A DNA stretch of 64,000 bases from the human T2T-CHM13v2.0 reference genome, Homo sapiens: NCBI RefSeq assembly GCF_009914755.1, contig NC_060936.1; one strand, given 5' to 3'. The notes under the pieces are model-generated. The model did no database searches, had not been told where the DNA came from, and saw only the letters and a list, made by a program, of their open reading frames with translations. Made by a program: the position numbers and the translations under genes. This document shows, one piece after another, positions 1 to 14,699 of the stretch; position 1 is the stretch's first letter, and each line of letters starts with the position of its first letter.

Positions 1-330
<330 letters not shown>

Positions 331-338
331 CTAGAGAA

Positions 339-1268
339 TGTAGCAGAGAAAGACGGGGCTATCTTCCATCCTTGTAAGTTCCTTAGCTGGGCTACAAATT
401 AAACTGATGTAAGACAGACTAACAGGAGAAAAACCATATTGAACTATGCAAGTACACATGGGAGTCCCACAAAACATCAGAGTAGAAGAGACATGTGATT
501 GAAGCTTATACAGGATCCTGAGCTACAGAAAGGAATATGGGCTTGGGGCTCCTAGAGGGAGGTGATGACACAAGTTCTGGGAGGGTGAGAGGAAGAAGTG
601 TACGGTCGTCTTGTTAGGCAGTGTATTCGTGCATTTTCATACTGCTATGAAGAAATGCCCGAGACTGGCTAATTTATAAAGAAAAAGAGGTTTAATGGAC
701 TCACAGTTTCACATGGCTGGGGAGGCCTCGCAGTCATGGCGGAAAGTGAAGGAGGAACAAAGGCACATCTTATATGGTGGCAGGCAAGAGAGTGTGTGCA
801 GGGGAACTGCCCTTTATAAAACCATCAGATCTTGTGAGACTTATTCACTATCATGAGAACAGCACAGGAAAAAACCTCCCTCGTGATTCAGTTACCTCCC
901 ACCCAGTCCCTCCCATGACATGTGGGGATTACGGGAGCTACAATTCAAGATGAGATTTGGGTGGGGACACAGCCAAACCATACCATGCAGATAAAAAGTC
1001 TCTCAGGTAATAAAAGTATCCAGGCTGCTGTCGACCTCCAGTGTTCTCTCCTGTAATCCAAGTTAATCTTCTCTGATTGATAAGATTCCTTCCTAGGCAG
1101 GGAATTCAAGACAATTGAGTTCCTTTTGGAGGATCCCTTTTTAAGCAGATAAGACAAGCTCAAAGAAAGCCTCTGCCTGCACCTTCTGTTTACCAAATTC
1201 CCTTGGTTCAAAGTAATTAGTCATACCAAAGTGTCATATTTTGGGTGGCATTTTCTGCACTCCTTCCA
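339..1268 (-). mobile_element. ERV1-class solo LTR (MER34/MER39-like), split by THE1
   Basis: Right end tattttgggtggcattttctgcactccttcca resembles the reverse complement of the MER34/39 start (TGAAGGAG...ATGCCACCCCAAAATATG); family from memory. Confidence 0.55.
622..985 (-). mobile_element. THE1 (MaLR) solo LTR
   Basis: tgtatt...gagatttgggtggggacacagccaaaccatacca is the reverse complement of the THE1 consensus; 5-bp TSD ggcag/tgcag. Confidence 0.92.
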
Positions 1269-2644
1269 GGGAAATTGAATATGTTACAGTTCCCTCACTC
1301 TGCTTAAGTGTACACCACAAACATTGTAAGATGCCACAGGTAAACCATTTTTCTCCACAAGGGCTTTTATGCATCATAAACAATTTTTGTACAGCTCTCA
1401 CGGCCCTCTTCACAAGTGCTTCCTCCCACTGAGTTCAGGGGAGGAACTGGTGCAGGTGAGTGTTTACAAACACTGCACCTGGCCAAATGACTGCAGTGTC
1501 AACAAGAAATCCCACAAGAGTTCTTCAAAAGCCATCTTTTTTCACCCAAGCTATTTCTGTAAGGTGGATGTTTTCATTACTTTTTCTCATACAAACCAGA
1601 AAGTGAAAAAAGCTGAAACCAAGGTCTGTGTAGATTACATTGTGAAGTGTTTCTGTGTTCATCATCATCCTGACCTCCTTTCCTCATTTCTTTGGAAACA
1701 AGTAATTTTTTCAGCAACATTGGCTAATAATATGTACAGAAGCATTTTAAAGTGCCTGGTATATGTGTGGCTTTATTCTGTTGTCACAGTTAAATTCACT
1801 GGGTGAAGCTTGGTGCAAAATTCATTTTAATGAAATGCTTTGCAAGTCACAACTGAAGAGATGTGATCAGCATTGCTGTTCAACAAATGTTTATGAATTT
1901 CCTAAACAATAATTACATTTATATAAAAAAGCTGAATAAAAAGGAATAAATATAATTAGTATTTGGAAGGGCAAGAACTTCTGAATAAAAATGTTCATCT
2001 TTTATTAATCACATATATTTTGCATAAGGAGATTATTTTTCCCAGTTTGGACTAACAACACAGAATTATCGTATACAATTGTGAGAACAGTTGGCCTGTG
2101 ACAATTTAATGGTATTTTGCAAAAGCCTTATTTTGTAAGCTGCTCATATTGGCCTACGTCCCCCACTTGTTTTCTTAATCACAAATCATTTTTGAGAAAC
2201 ACTGACAAAGGATGGCAGTTCATATGCAGCTAAACGTTACTAGCTCCTGTATAATAACCTCACTGTATGCAGTTTCCACTGATATACTGCAAGGGTCAGG
2301 AGAACAAAAGACTTACGATAATTGACAGTGGTCACTGGATTTACTGTTAGCATTTTGACCATGGGAATTTATTCATCTCACAGCCAGGTTTGCGTCTGAG
2401 TATTAGTTTGCTAGGGATCTTTTAAAAATGCACCACAAACTGGGTGGCTTAAAACAACAGAAATTTATTATCTCAAAGTTCTGGAGGCTGGAAGTCCAAG
2501 ATCGTGGTGTTGACAGGGTTAGTTCTTTCTCGAGAGAGAATCTTGTAGCTTCTGGTTGTTCACTGGCAATCTTTGAAATACCTTGTCTTGTAGAGAAGCA
2601 CAGCCCCAATCTCTGCCCTTCATCTTTACACAGCGTTCTCTCTC

Positions 2645-2650
<6 letters not shown>

Positions 2651-2681
<31 letters not shown>
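2651..2681. repeat. (TG)n microsatellite
   Basis: About 15 TG units seen directly. Confidence 0.95.
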
Positions 2682-2683
<2 letters not shown>

Positions 2684-2701
2684 AACATTCCCTGACCCCC
2701 T

Positions 2702-3009
2702 CTTTTTTCTGAGACAGAGTCTTGCTCTGTTGCCCAGTCTTGAGTGCAGTGGCAGGATCACAGCTTACTGCAGGCTTGACCTCCCAGGCTCAAACAATCT
2801 TCCCACCTCAGCCTCCTGAGTAGCTGGGACTACAGGCATGCACCACCATGCCTGGCTAATTTTTTTATTTTCATTTTTCTAGAGAAGGGGTCTCACTATA
2901 TTGTCCAGGCTGGTCTCAGGACCACTACATTGCTGGTCCTGGGCTCAGGCAATCCTGCCTTGGCCTCCCAAAGTGCTGGGATTACAGGTGTGAGCCCCTG
3001 CACCTGGTC
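2702..3009 (-). mobile_element. AluJ
   Basis: Antisense Alu dimer with J-type ctcaaacaatcttcccacctcagcc. Confidence 0.9.
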
Positions 3010-3744
3010 TCCCTTCTTACAAGGACACCAGTCATATTAGATTAGGGTCCACCCTAAAGACCTCATCTTAACTAATTACCTCAGCAATGAAACTATTTCC
3101 AAACATGGTCACTTTCTGAGTTACTCGAATTTAAGACTTAAAGATATGAATTTTCGGGGAACACAATTCAGTCCCTAAGAGCTGGTCACCTATGAAAGTC
3201 TTTTGTACTCAGACGCCAGCAGACTTGAAGCACAGAACTGCATGCTTTGAGCACAGAGCTTTTTGGTAGTGCTTGGGTATACACACCGGAAATGACTTCA
3301 CAGGCAAACCTGCAGCACACCCAGGATGACAGACAGACGTTGCTTCAAGGAAACCAGGGGAAAGAAACTGCTTCAGCCAAAAGTGACTTACACAGCAGAA
3401 AGGTGGCCTCTTTTCCAACAACCCAGCAACAATCTCAAAGCTGGGATCTGTGTGTCCATCCTGAACCCATCACTGTGGTCCTAGAGGACCTAGTGCTCTG
3501 ACTGATTGGGGTCCTATGCCTGGTTCTCCTGACCAAGACCAGAAAACCCCAGAGGAGCAGAGAGAGGAATCCTCAAAGATAAACCTCAATGCTGTTCTTA
3601 CAAAAGGAAAAGAGGATGAGAAATAGCATTCCAAGCAGGCCAAAGAATATCAATGTCTAAACTCTTCAGACCTAAAGAGGCTTGGAGAAAAGGAAATTTT
3701 ATTGGAGGAAAGTTTCATTCAAATTGTTAAAAGAAAGGTGCAGC

Positions 3745-4728
<984 letters not shown>

Positions 4729-4768
4729 AAGAAATGTGCATCTGCAATCATGAGCATCTTTAGAGACA

Positions 4769-5283
4769 AACCAGTTCAACCATTGGCCATGCAATTGAAA
4801 CTCTAGATGTATTAGTGTTTAAATGCAACTCTTTTTTTTGAGGGGGGAAAGAAGTTGCCATCAGAACCTGGAATTCATTCTGACATAAGTAGTTGCTTTT
4901 CACCCCCATCTTCAGATTGACTTCCACTCCAACTAAGTTTGAATGATGTATGCCTCATAAAATAATCACAAGTGCCACTTTTTAACTGTTAATGAAAATT
5001 GGGAGTGGAAGTTAAAATGAATATGTGGGTGAAAAGTGATATCAAACATGAGCTTGCTATCCAATGATAAAGAGCAGGAATTAAAATCTGTCAACATCCC
5101 TAAGAACTTAGCACTTCAGCTTCATTCAGCAATACACGAAGAACTCACAGGTGCCAATGACAGCTAATACCAACCAGTTCAACAATTTACCATGCAGTGG
5201 AAACTCTAGATGTATCAGTGTTTTAATGCAAATCTCTTTTTTTTTAAGGAAGCTGCCATTCATTCGACATAAGTAGGTGCTTC
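4769..5283 (+). repeat. Diverged ~120-bp direct repeat pair (4769-4898 and 5172-5283)
   Basis: aaccagttcaac...ccatgca...gaaactctagatgta...gacataagtag appears in both copies. Confidence 0.85.
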
Positions 5284-6019
5284 ATCTGATAAGCGCTGCT
5301 TGTGTAATTTATCAATGACAGAGAAGGCAGATAGCAGCATGCATACTTGGGGCTGCATTTGAAGGAGAGCAACATCCCTTTGTTTTCACAGAGGTATGAC
5401 TGTGTTTGTAGATCTCTACCTTAGACGAAAGTTATGATAGGCTGTATAGTGGCGGGAAAGTGGTGTGAGACTACAAAAGTGTCCCTGACACTGTCATAGC
5501 TTGTAAACTAGTTCCTTTACTAGGTTGCCAGTAAATCAAAGTCACCATGAGGAAAGTCATACATGTGCATGATTTGAATGTTGACGTATCAAACTTTCCT
5601 GGAGGGCTTACTTAGACTCTCCTGCCAACAAAGGTTGCTTAAGATTTTTACAGTTAAGAAGAGAATGGAAGACTGAAAGGAAAATGCAACCCTGAAATGT
5701 TTAAGTATTCAGAGAATGGATGCTCCTCAAGTGCAATAGAAATGAAAGAAATGGTAACATCTTCCCACATCTTCCATGAAATCTTGACTTGTTTTGGTGA
5801 AGAGAAATGTCTTACTTTAGGGATGAGAAGACTAAAAATATGATTTCATTTATATGATGTCTAAAGACATGCAAAGTTAATCTAAGATGGTAGAATTTAA
5901 AAAGTGGTTGCATTTGAGGAGTTGGCTATTTCTGGAAAAGGGAAGGAACAGCTTCCTGGATGATAGAAATGTTGTATGTACTGACTTGTGTAATGTTTAT
6001 GCTGGTGGATATGCAGGCT

Positions 6020-6310
6020 GAAGGGGCAGTTGTCACCCAGGATTAACTCTTCTATTAATTACAGGAGAACAAGCATGAGTTGAGATTGTGGTGCTTCTTG
6101 AAGTCTCATCCAGATCAGAAACCTGCTGCTCTGTCCACATTCCATCCACCAAAGCAACCCATATGGCCATGTCCAGCATCAGATGGGGAAAGGCAGTTCT
6201 CCTCTAGCACGAGGAGCTGCAAAGCCACATGGCAAAGGATGAGTGTGTAAAAAATAAATGCAGGAGGGCAGGAGGCATTGGGAACAATGATCCAATCTAC
6301 TGCAGTGTGT
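6020..6310 (-). mobile_element. Old MLT1 (J/K-like) LTR fragment
   Basis: ccacattccatccaccaaagcaacccatatggccatgtccagcatca resembles an MLT1J/K internal motif. Confidence 0.5.
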
Positions 6311-6384
6311 TATTCTCTCCAGCTTGGCATGCGTTCCGTTCCCTGTGTACAGCATCCTGCAGTGACAGGAGCTCACGCTGGTCC

Positions 6385-7200
6385 TTTAATATGGGCCAGA
6401 TACTGTGCTAAGCACAGCACATGGTTTATCTTGGTGTAGCCTCACAGCAACATTGGAGCAAAGCACAGTGTATAGCACCATTTATTCATGAGAAGTTAGA
6501 GCTTCATAGCATTTAAAGCAAATTCCCAGATTGCACAGTGTTAGTCAGTGAAAAAGCTGAAAATTGGACCCGACTATCTTCTGACTCCAGAGTCATACAT
6601 GTCTTTCTCTCCTAAAGTATCCTTACCTAGGGTAATGTACATCCTAGAGTCTTGTGCACCTGTCTTCTTGCCCATTTTGACAAGCATTTTATACAGATAC
6701 CTTCTGTACCAAACCTTGTTCCAGGTGACAGGGGCAATAGTAAATATGGGATATAAGATCCCTGCACACAAGTAGCTCATCTTCCAATACAGAAAGTGTA
6801 TAGACAATACACAAACACATAAAATAAAATAATTTTAACAAATGATGTAATATTCCAAACATGAAATCAGGATGATGGAATAGAAGAGAGCATCTCCAAG
6901 ATATTTAGAATAAGTGGAGGATATTTGACTCTAGTTAGATAGGAAGTCAGGCAGGATCTCCATGAGGAGATGGTATTTGATTTGAAACCTCAGCATTGAG
7001 ACAGACACAGCTGTACAAAAATATAGATGAATATTGATCCAGGCAAAACAAAATGCAAAGCAAGAGTCATATTTGAGAACCAAAGATCAGTCGGGTATGG
7101 TTGGGGCATATTGAACAGAGCGAGGGAGGGACAGGATGAAGTCAAGAAGGAAGGCAGAGACCAGGTCATGTAGAGCCTTGGAGCCCACGGTGTAGGGCTG
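6385..7200. mobile_element. MIR followed by L2 fragments
   Basis: MIR-like ccagatactgtgctaagcac...gagaagttagagct; L2-like aggcagagaccaggtcatgtagagccttg. Confidence 0.5.
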
Positions 7201-7933
7201 CACAATGTTCTTGTCTTTCCCTAGAATGTTTGCATTTAATCTCCAAACCCATGGAAAGCTCCTGAGAGATGATACCTTGGCATCTACACTTTGGATATTT
7301 CATACACCTTGGCTTTGCATACAGGTAGATGCAATAAATGCTGCTGACTCTCTCACTCCTATAGAGACACCACTATGTTCACTTGTAGTCAGAAAGCCCC
7401 GGTTCACACCTGTCTCCCTTCGTTTCCATTTGCTTGAACTTGAGTCCGGAAACCACTTAACTTCTCATGGCCTCAACCACTTTACCTCTAAAATGGGAAT
7501 TAAAATCCCTGCTTATCTTGGGTATATGACATGCAATTCTATATATAAAAGCTGTACATTTTGAAGTAATATACAGGTATAAATGGCTGTGATTGCATAT
7601 GGAGAAATGTAATATCTTATGAATTCAAAATGACTCTGGACAATGGATTTGGCTGCTTATTTCCCCCATACAGACTACAGGCATCATTGCTGGGATGACA
7701 GGTATCTCACTGTGAGGATTGTTAACTATCAGGGCTACAATCCGAGTCGTAGAGGGCTGTGAGTGAGGGACACTCTGTGTGTTAGCTTCCTGCTGGTGCA
7801 ATAAAAAAATACCACAACTTTTAGTGGCTTAAAACATATGCTGGGCCTTATACATCACACACATTATCTGACTTAGAGGCACAGAAAGACAATTTGTCCA
7901 ATGCTCCATGACTAATAAGATATCCCATGTTCA

Positions 7934-10052
7934 CCCACAGCCAACATAATACTGAATGGGGAAAAGTTGAAAGCATTCCCTCTGAGAAGGGAACAAGACA
8001 AGGATGCCCACTCTCACCACTCCTCTTCAATATAGTACTGGAAGTCCTAGCCAGAGCAATCAGACAAGAGAAAGAAATAAAGCACATCCAAATTGGTAAA
8101 CAGGAAGTCAAACTGTCACTGTTTGCTAACGATATGATCGTTTACTTTGAAAATCCTAAGGACTCCTCCAGAAAGCTCCTAGAACTTAAAAAATAATTCA
8201 GCAAAGTTTTTGGATACAAGAATAATGTACACAAATCAGTAGCTTTTCTATATACGAACAGCGACCAAGTGGAGTATCAAATCAAGAACTCAACCCCTTT
8301 TACAATAGCTGAAAAAAAAAAAACTACTTAGGAATATATCTAACCAAGAAGTCAAAGGACCTGTACAAGGAAAACTATAAAACACTGATGAAAGAAATCA
8401 TAGATGACACAAACAAATGGAAGCACATCCCATGCTCATGGATGGGTAGAATCAATATTGTGAAAATGACCATACTGCCGAAAGCAATCTATCTACAAAT
8501 TCAACACAATCCACATCAAAATACCATGATCATTCTTCAGAGAGTTAGAAAAAAAACAATTCTAAAATTCATATGGAACCAAAAAATAGCCCGTATAGCC
8601 AAAGCAAGACTAAGCAAAAAGAACAAATCTGAAGGCATCACACTACCTGATTTCAAACTACACTATAAGGCCATAGTCACCAAAACAGCACGGTAAAGGT
8701 ATAAATATAGGCACATAGACCAATGGGACAGAATAGAGAACCTAGAAATAAACCCAAATACTTACAGCCAACTGATTTTCAACAAAGCAAACAAAATCAT
8801 AAAGTGGGGAAAGGACACCCTTTTTAACATATGGTGATGGGATAATTAGCTAGCTACATGTAAGAGAATGAAACTGGATCCTCATCTCTCACCTTACACA
8901 AAAATCAACTCAAGATGTATTAAGACCTGAAACTATGAAAATTCTAGAAGATAACATTGGAAAAACCCTTCTAGGCATTGGCTTGGGCAAGTATTTCATG
9001 ACGAAGAACACAAAAGCAAATGCAATAAAAACAAAGATAAATAGCTGGGACCTAATTAAACTAAAGAGCTTTTGCACAGCAAAAGGAATAGTCAGCAGAG
9101 TAAACAGACCACCCACAGAGTGGGAGGAAACCTTCACCATCTATACATCTGACAAGGGACTGATATCCAGAATCTACAACAAACTCAAACACATCAGTAA
9201 GAAAAAAACAAACAATCCCATCAAAAAGTGGGCTAAGGACATGAATAGACAATTCTTGAAAGAAGATATACAAATGGCCAGCAAATATATGAAAAAAATG
9301 CTCAACATCACTAATGATCAGGGAAACGCAAATCAAAACCACAATGTGATACCACATACTCCTGCAAGAGTAGTCATAATCAAAAAATCAAAAAACGGTT
9401 GATGTTGATGTGGATGCAGTGAACAGGGAACACTTCTACACTGCTGCTGGGAATGTAAACTAGTACAGCCACTATGGAAAACAGTGTGGAAATTCTTTAA
9501 AGAACTAAAGGCAGAACTACCATTTGATCCAGCAATCCCCCTACTGGGTATACACCCAGAGGAAAAGAAGTCATTATTCAAAAAAGATACTTGCACATGC
9601 ATGTTTGTAGCAGCACAATTCATAATTCCAAAATCATGGAACCAACCCAAATGCCCATTAATCAATGAATGGATAAAGAAACTGTGGTATATACATGCGA
9701 TGAAATATTATGCAGCCATAAAAAGGAATGAATTAACAGCATTTGCAGTGACCTGGATGAGACTGAAGACTATTATTCTAAGTGAAGTAACTTGGAAATG
9801 GAAAACCAAACATCGTATGTTCTCATTGATATGTGGGAGCTAAGCTATGAGGACACAAAGGCATAAGAATGATGCACTGGACTTTGGGGACTTAGGGGGA
9901 AGAATGGGAGGGAGTGAGGGATAAAAGACTACAGATATGATGCAATGTATACTGCTCGGGTGATGGATGCACCAAAATCTCACAAATCACCACTAAAGAA
10001 CTTACTCATGTAACCAAATACCACCTGTACCCCAATAACTTATGGAAAAAAA
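7934..10052 (+). mobile_element. L1PB1-like 5'-truncated LINE-1 (broken ORF2 RT/C-terminus and 3' UTR)
   Basis: [21 protein letters not shown] and [10 protein letters not shown] (RT motifs); L1PB-type end ctcatgtaaccaaataccacctgtacccc; 17-bp TSD aagatatcccatgttca (7917) / aagatgtcccatgttca (10053). Confidence 0.93.
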
Positions 10053-10150
10053 AAGATGTCCCATGTTCAAACCCAAATCATTAAGAGGGTCTTGGGGTAA
10101 GATAACATGGGGAGGAGGAGAGAAATGTGTCCTAGAAATTTCATGTTATC

Positions 10151-10500
10151 GTTTTTTGTTGTTGTTGTTTTGGTTTGGTTTTAGTTGTTTTTTGTTTGTT
10201 TGTTTGTTTGTTTGTTTTCTGAGACAAGGTCTTACTTTGTTACCCAGCTTGGAGTGCAGGGGTGTGAGCATAGCTCACTGCAGCCTCAAACTCCCAGGCT
10301 CAAGCAATCCTCCCACCTCAGCTTCCCAAGTAGCTAGGACCACAGGCATGCACCATCATGCCTGGCTAATTTAAAAATTTTTTTTCGCTGGAGACGGAGT
10401 CTCACTATGTTGCCCAGGCTAGTCTCCTGGCCTCAAGCGATCCTCCCACCTTGGCTTTTCAAAGTGCTGGAATTACAGGCCCGAGCCACTGTGCCAGGCC
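10151..10500 (-). mobile_element. AluJ with (GTTT)n tail
   Basis: Antisense Alu; TSD atgttatc at 10143 and 10502. Confidence 0.92.
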
Positions 10501-12180
10501 AATGTTATCTAATATGGCATTTATCAGTTGTGTGGTGACCATTCAGCCCAGTGAGAGTTTCACTAAATGTTCTTCTGCCCTGGAGTTTCTGTTTGTGAGA
10601 GAAAATACATTCACTGCTTTGGTCGCTTAAGCACAACTTATGAATAATATATTGGAACAAATCTCAGATCATTTTTCTCTGTTATTAAAAGCTTACATTA
10701 ATATCCATGTTAACATAAAGGCTTAACAGGAAGCCCTGTGTTGAGTTTTATGATGGGAAATGTAGTGATAGACTCTAGGTTCCCATGGGTGTGTGCTGTT
10801 TTCTTCTTTTCTCAACCTTGTATTCACCTCTATGTCCACTCTCTTCCGCATTCCCCCCGACCCTTTCTTTTCCTATTCAATACTTCTGTAATTTCTTCAT
10901 CTCACTTCCTTTACACTCAGTAAGGTGATAGGATCCTTGGGGTCTTCATAGTTTGTGAAAAATAGTCATACAGGAAAAGAAATCCCTATGAGTATTAATT
11001 CTGCCTCTTGGCTTATGTGCAAATCTTCACCGTGTTATGTGTAAGTATTGATTCCAACACTGAGTTGCAGTCCCTATGCAGCTCCACGTCTGCCTGACTG
11101 CACATTCATGCTACACTATGACTGATGGTGTAGCTCTTTGAAGATCAGCACAATATCTTTCCCATTCCAGGTAACATCTACGAGCCTCCCAGTTAGAAAA
11201 ATAATAGTTCTGCTATAGGATTTGTAAAATTCCAAAGCCTTCATGTTTACATTTTTGTTGTTTATTAAACTCTGATTTCTGAGTAACTTAGAAGGGAATC
11301 TTAAAGCATTTTAGATCATATGAAGCTGCTTACAACATAGATGAAGCAAGGGTCTTTAATGGAGATCCCTGGCTTTTCTACATTCTGTTTTTTGGACAAT
11401 GGGCAGGCATGAATCTCCCATCTGTGAAATGGGAATGACAAGAGCCCACCTTCCGGGAATACGATGAAGATCACATAAATTCAAAGACAAAAAGTAATTA
11501 GAAGAATGCACAGCACAGAGTGCAGCTAGCTGCTGTTACATTGGTAATAGGGGAATGATAATAGCATCTCCGTACAGGGCGGAGGCCATGATTAAAGGTG
11601 AAAATGCCCAATGTCTGGCACATAGTAAGGGGTCATATATTAGGACTCATTCCTAATCCTATCGGCATGATTATTCCATGTCTAAGAACATAAATATCAA
11701 GGACATTCTCTGACCCCAGTGGAGTCAGTTGCAAGTTGTCAAAAATATGTAAGTGATTCTGCATTCCACAAGGGCACTTTCCACCAGGAACGCTGTTGAA
11801 CCCTAAGGGTCCTGGTTGATTCACAGCTTAAACTATTCTGTAAGACAAAGAAAGAATATGATATCTTTACAGCTTGGGATCCACTCTGCAATTTTATGAA
11901 GTGCATATTAGCCACTGTTACTAGTGTCATTGTCAGGAAATTGGCTCTGTGGGGATTGGAGAAAATCTCTATGAAGCGGCCTAGAGATTAGTAGCAGGTG
12001 AAGACAGAATCAGCCTCCAGTCTTGGTCAGAGATAAGGAAATAATGGGCACCCCTTTTACCTCTCCTGTTGTTATCCCAGCCTTTGCAGTAATGCAGGCT
12101 CAAGCAATTTGCCTGAGAGTGATAATAGGGCAGCTGTAACTCAAAGAAGGGTGGCAGGGTCCAGACTAGAAAAAGGCAGG

Positions 12181-12554
12181 TGTATTAGTCCATTTTCATG
12201 CTGCTGATAAAGACACACCTGAGACTGGGCAATTTGCAAAAGAAAGAGGTTTAATTGGACTTACAGTTCCACATGGCTGGGGCAGCCTCACAATCATGGC
12301 AGAAGGCAAGGAAGAGCAAGTCCTGTCTTATACGGATGGCAGCAGGCAAAGAGAGAATGAGGAAGATGCAAAAGCGGAAACCCCTGATAAAACCATCAGA
12401 TCTCATGAGACTTATTCACTACCACGAGAATGGTATGAGGGAAACCGCCCCCATGATTCAATTACCTCTCAATGGGTCCCTCCCACAACACGTGGGAATT
12501 ATGGGAGTACAATTCAAGATGAGATTTGGATGGGCACACAGCCAAACCATATCA
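12181..12554 (-). mobile_element. THE1B-like solo LTR
   Basis: tgtattagtccattttcatgctgctgataaagac...gccaaaccatatca; TSD gcagg/gaagg. Confidence 0.93.
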
Positions 12555-13069
12555 GAAGGCAAGTCACCCAGGGGACAAGATTTAAGATGGCACTAGTTCT
12601 CAGGCTCCTGCAAGTGCAAAGATGGCATCTGACTGTGAGAACCTCCTTAAGGTTTGAGCTGTGGGTGAGACTCACCTGGCTCACCCTAGTCTTAGCCCTG
12701 AAAGGTAATTCAGATGATGAAAAATGTTTAAGAAAAGAAGTGCAATGTGATTTCAGATGTAGCTTCAGTGAAACGTACTTAAATTGTATCCTGCTTTTTT
12801 CAAAAATATATTTCTGTAATAAATTATCTATGAATTAATTATTGACTTCTTTAGCCTAGTCAGTTTGGAGTGGAAATGTCTCTGGATAGCTAGAGGTAAG
12901 CTAATGATTAATACCTGACCAGCATGGGGTTTCAGGCAGAGTAAGGGGCTGAAATTACAAGTGTCTCTTTGAACTGCAGATGAGCTCTTTTGCCAGCTTT
13001 GTCCTTTTTCCTACTCAAGACAATGGTATTTGATGATATGACAAGGAAAGTAGCTACTATTCTTGTTCC

Positions 13070-13280
13070 TCATGCATCCTAGGCACTAGTTAGAGTGTTT
13101 GTCTACATTATCACTGAATCCTCACGTCTGTGAGACAAATCCCTTTATTATCAATATTATATAGATGAGATCATTGAAGTTCAGAGAGTCTGAGAAATTT
13201 ACCCAGGATTATGCAGTTAAGATGTGAATAGACAGTCAAGATGGGAACAAAGTTTACTTCCTGAGCTCTTAATCTCTGTG
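13070..13280. mobile_element. MIR
   Basis: ttattatcaatattatatagatgagatcattgaagttcagagag resembles the MIR core. Confidence 0.55.
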
Positions 13281-13549
13281 TTTTATTAACTAATACCTGT
13301 GTGGCAGAAACCAAATGCTGGGTGGTTTTTAATAGAGACATTTCTTTTCATACTGGGACGTGCTGCAGATCTCTGGGGTTAGATTGACCAGAACCAGAGG
13401 GGTCTGAAGCTCTATTGACTCGAGGTGACTACTGATGACTTACAACCATGGGTTCTGTAAAACCTGATCACTATACAGTAAAGGGTCTCTACAGGTTGAG
13501 GATGAAAAGACCAATTTTAGTGAGGAACTACTTTCCAGAATGAATGGAC

Positions 13550-14105
13550 TCCTGATTTAAGAGTCTAATCCAAACTCCTCATCATGGCCTTTGCAAGCTT
13601 TGCAGGATGCAGCCTCTGTCCTGTCCGCACTCTGGCCTCACCCCTCCCACTCACCCTTCACTCACCCAGCTCCTGTTCCTCTAGTCTGGCTGCTACTCAC
13701 CACACTTGGTCTCCAGTGGTTACTCTAACTGCAATATTCTTCAAGATCTTCACATGCCCGAATCCTTCTCATCATTCAGGTATTAGATAAAATGTGACCT
13801 CTCAAAGAATATTTGTCTGAACACTCCATCAAAGTCACTCTCATGACCTCCTCACAAGGACACTTAGGAGGGTCCTGCATAACCCTCTCTCACTATCGTG
13901 TCTCCTGCTTCAGTTTCCTCAATGCACTCATTGATACCTAAAGTGATCCTTTTTGTCAACCTATGCTTTTTTTTCTCTATTTTAATAACAGGAACTCCAG
14001 AAGAGAAGGGCCTTTTTCCACTGTGTCCATTGATGAATCTTCATCACTGAGAATGGAATATGCCACATAGCAGATGCTCAATAAATATGTTGAATTATGA
14101 AACAA
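13550..14105 (+). mobile_element. L2 3' fragment
   Basis: Ends cacatagcagatgctcaataaatatgttgaatt, the L2 3' terminus. Confidence 0.65.
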
Positions 14106-14191
14106 ATTAAAAAGCACTTTTAGTCATATTCATGTTACCGTTAAGATTACCATTTGTTTGCAACTTCATTGCTTTCCCCAAGAGATACTTA

Positions 14192-14600
14192 GCATCAGTT
14201 AGGGATACTTTTAGCTGCAAGTAACAGAACAGTTAAGTAACAGTGGCTCAGACCAATAGGGTTTGTGTTTCTCACATAACAAACAAACAAAAACCTGGAG
14301 GTGGGTGTTTTCCATAATTGGTTTAGTGACTCAACAAAATCAGGACCTCAATTCTTACAACCCAAGTCACTTTTTCCTTTTGGTCTTAAAATGGTGGCTG
14401 CAGCTCCAGCAGTCATGTGCACAGTAAAGACAGGAAGGAGGTGGAAGAGGAGTCAGCAACAGCCGCAACTTCTCCAATTTACAAAAGACACGAAAGCTTT
14501 CTCAAAAGCTGTGTTATTTTCCCTCAGCAATTTCCATTTATGTCTCATGGGGCACCCTAGTGGCAGATGAATCTGGGAATGGGGTATTTAATGTTAGCAG
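14192..14600 (-). mobile_element. Old MLT1 (K-like) LTR
   Basis: tcagttagggatacttttagctgcaagtaacagaac...aaaatggtggctgcagctccag. Confidence 0.6.
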
Positions 14601-14699
14601 CCTCTAGCCTGTAAATTCGGGTTAAGGAGAGGGTAAGGGCTTTGATGCGTGTCTACCACACCCTTTTTTTCAATTTAACGTAATTGTTAAGCTTAAGAG

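Larger units (their letters stand above)
2399..3180 (-). mobile_element. MLT1 (MaLR) LTR interrupted by (TG)n and an Alu
   Basis: caccacaaactgggtggcttaaaacaacagaaatttatt...ctggaggctggaagtccaagatc; resumes at about 3010 with aaggacaccagtcatattagattaggg. Confidence 0.85.

Noticed and set aside
7927-9843. Reverse-transcriptase-like ORFs, also at 44258-46161
   Set aside because: Fragmented, 5'-truncated L1 ORF2; not functional and not a novel RT system.
12255-12838. 113-aa and 180-aa ORFs
   Set aside because: They start in an antisense THE1 LTR and run into random flank; no recognisable domain.
14549-14568. CTCF-like word on the minus strand (tgccactagggtgccc)
   Set aside because: It mismatches the conserved GGC core and lies in an old LTR; too weak.
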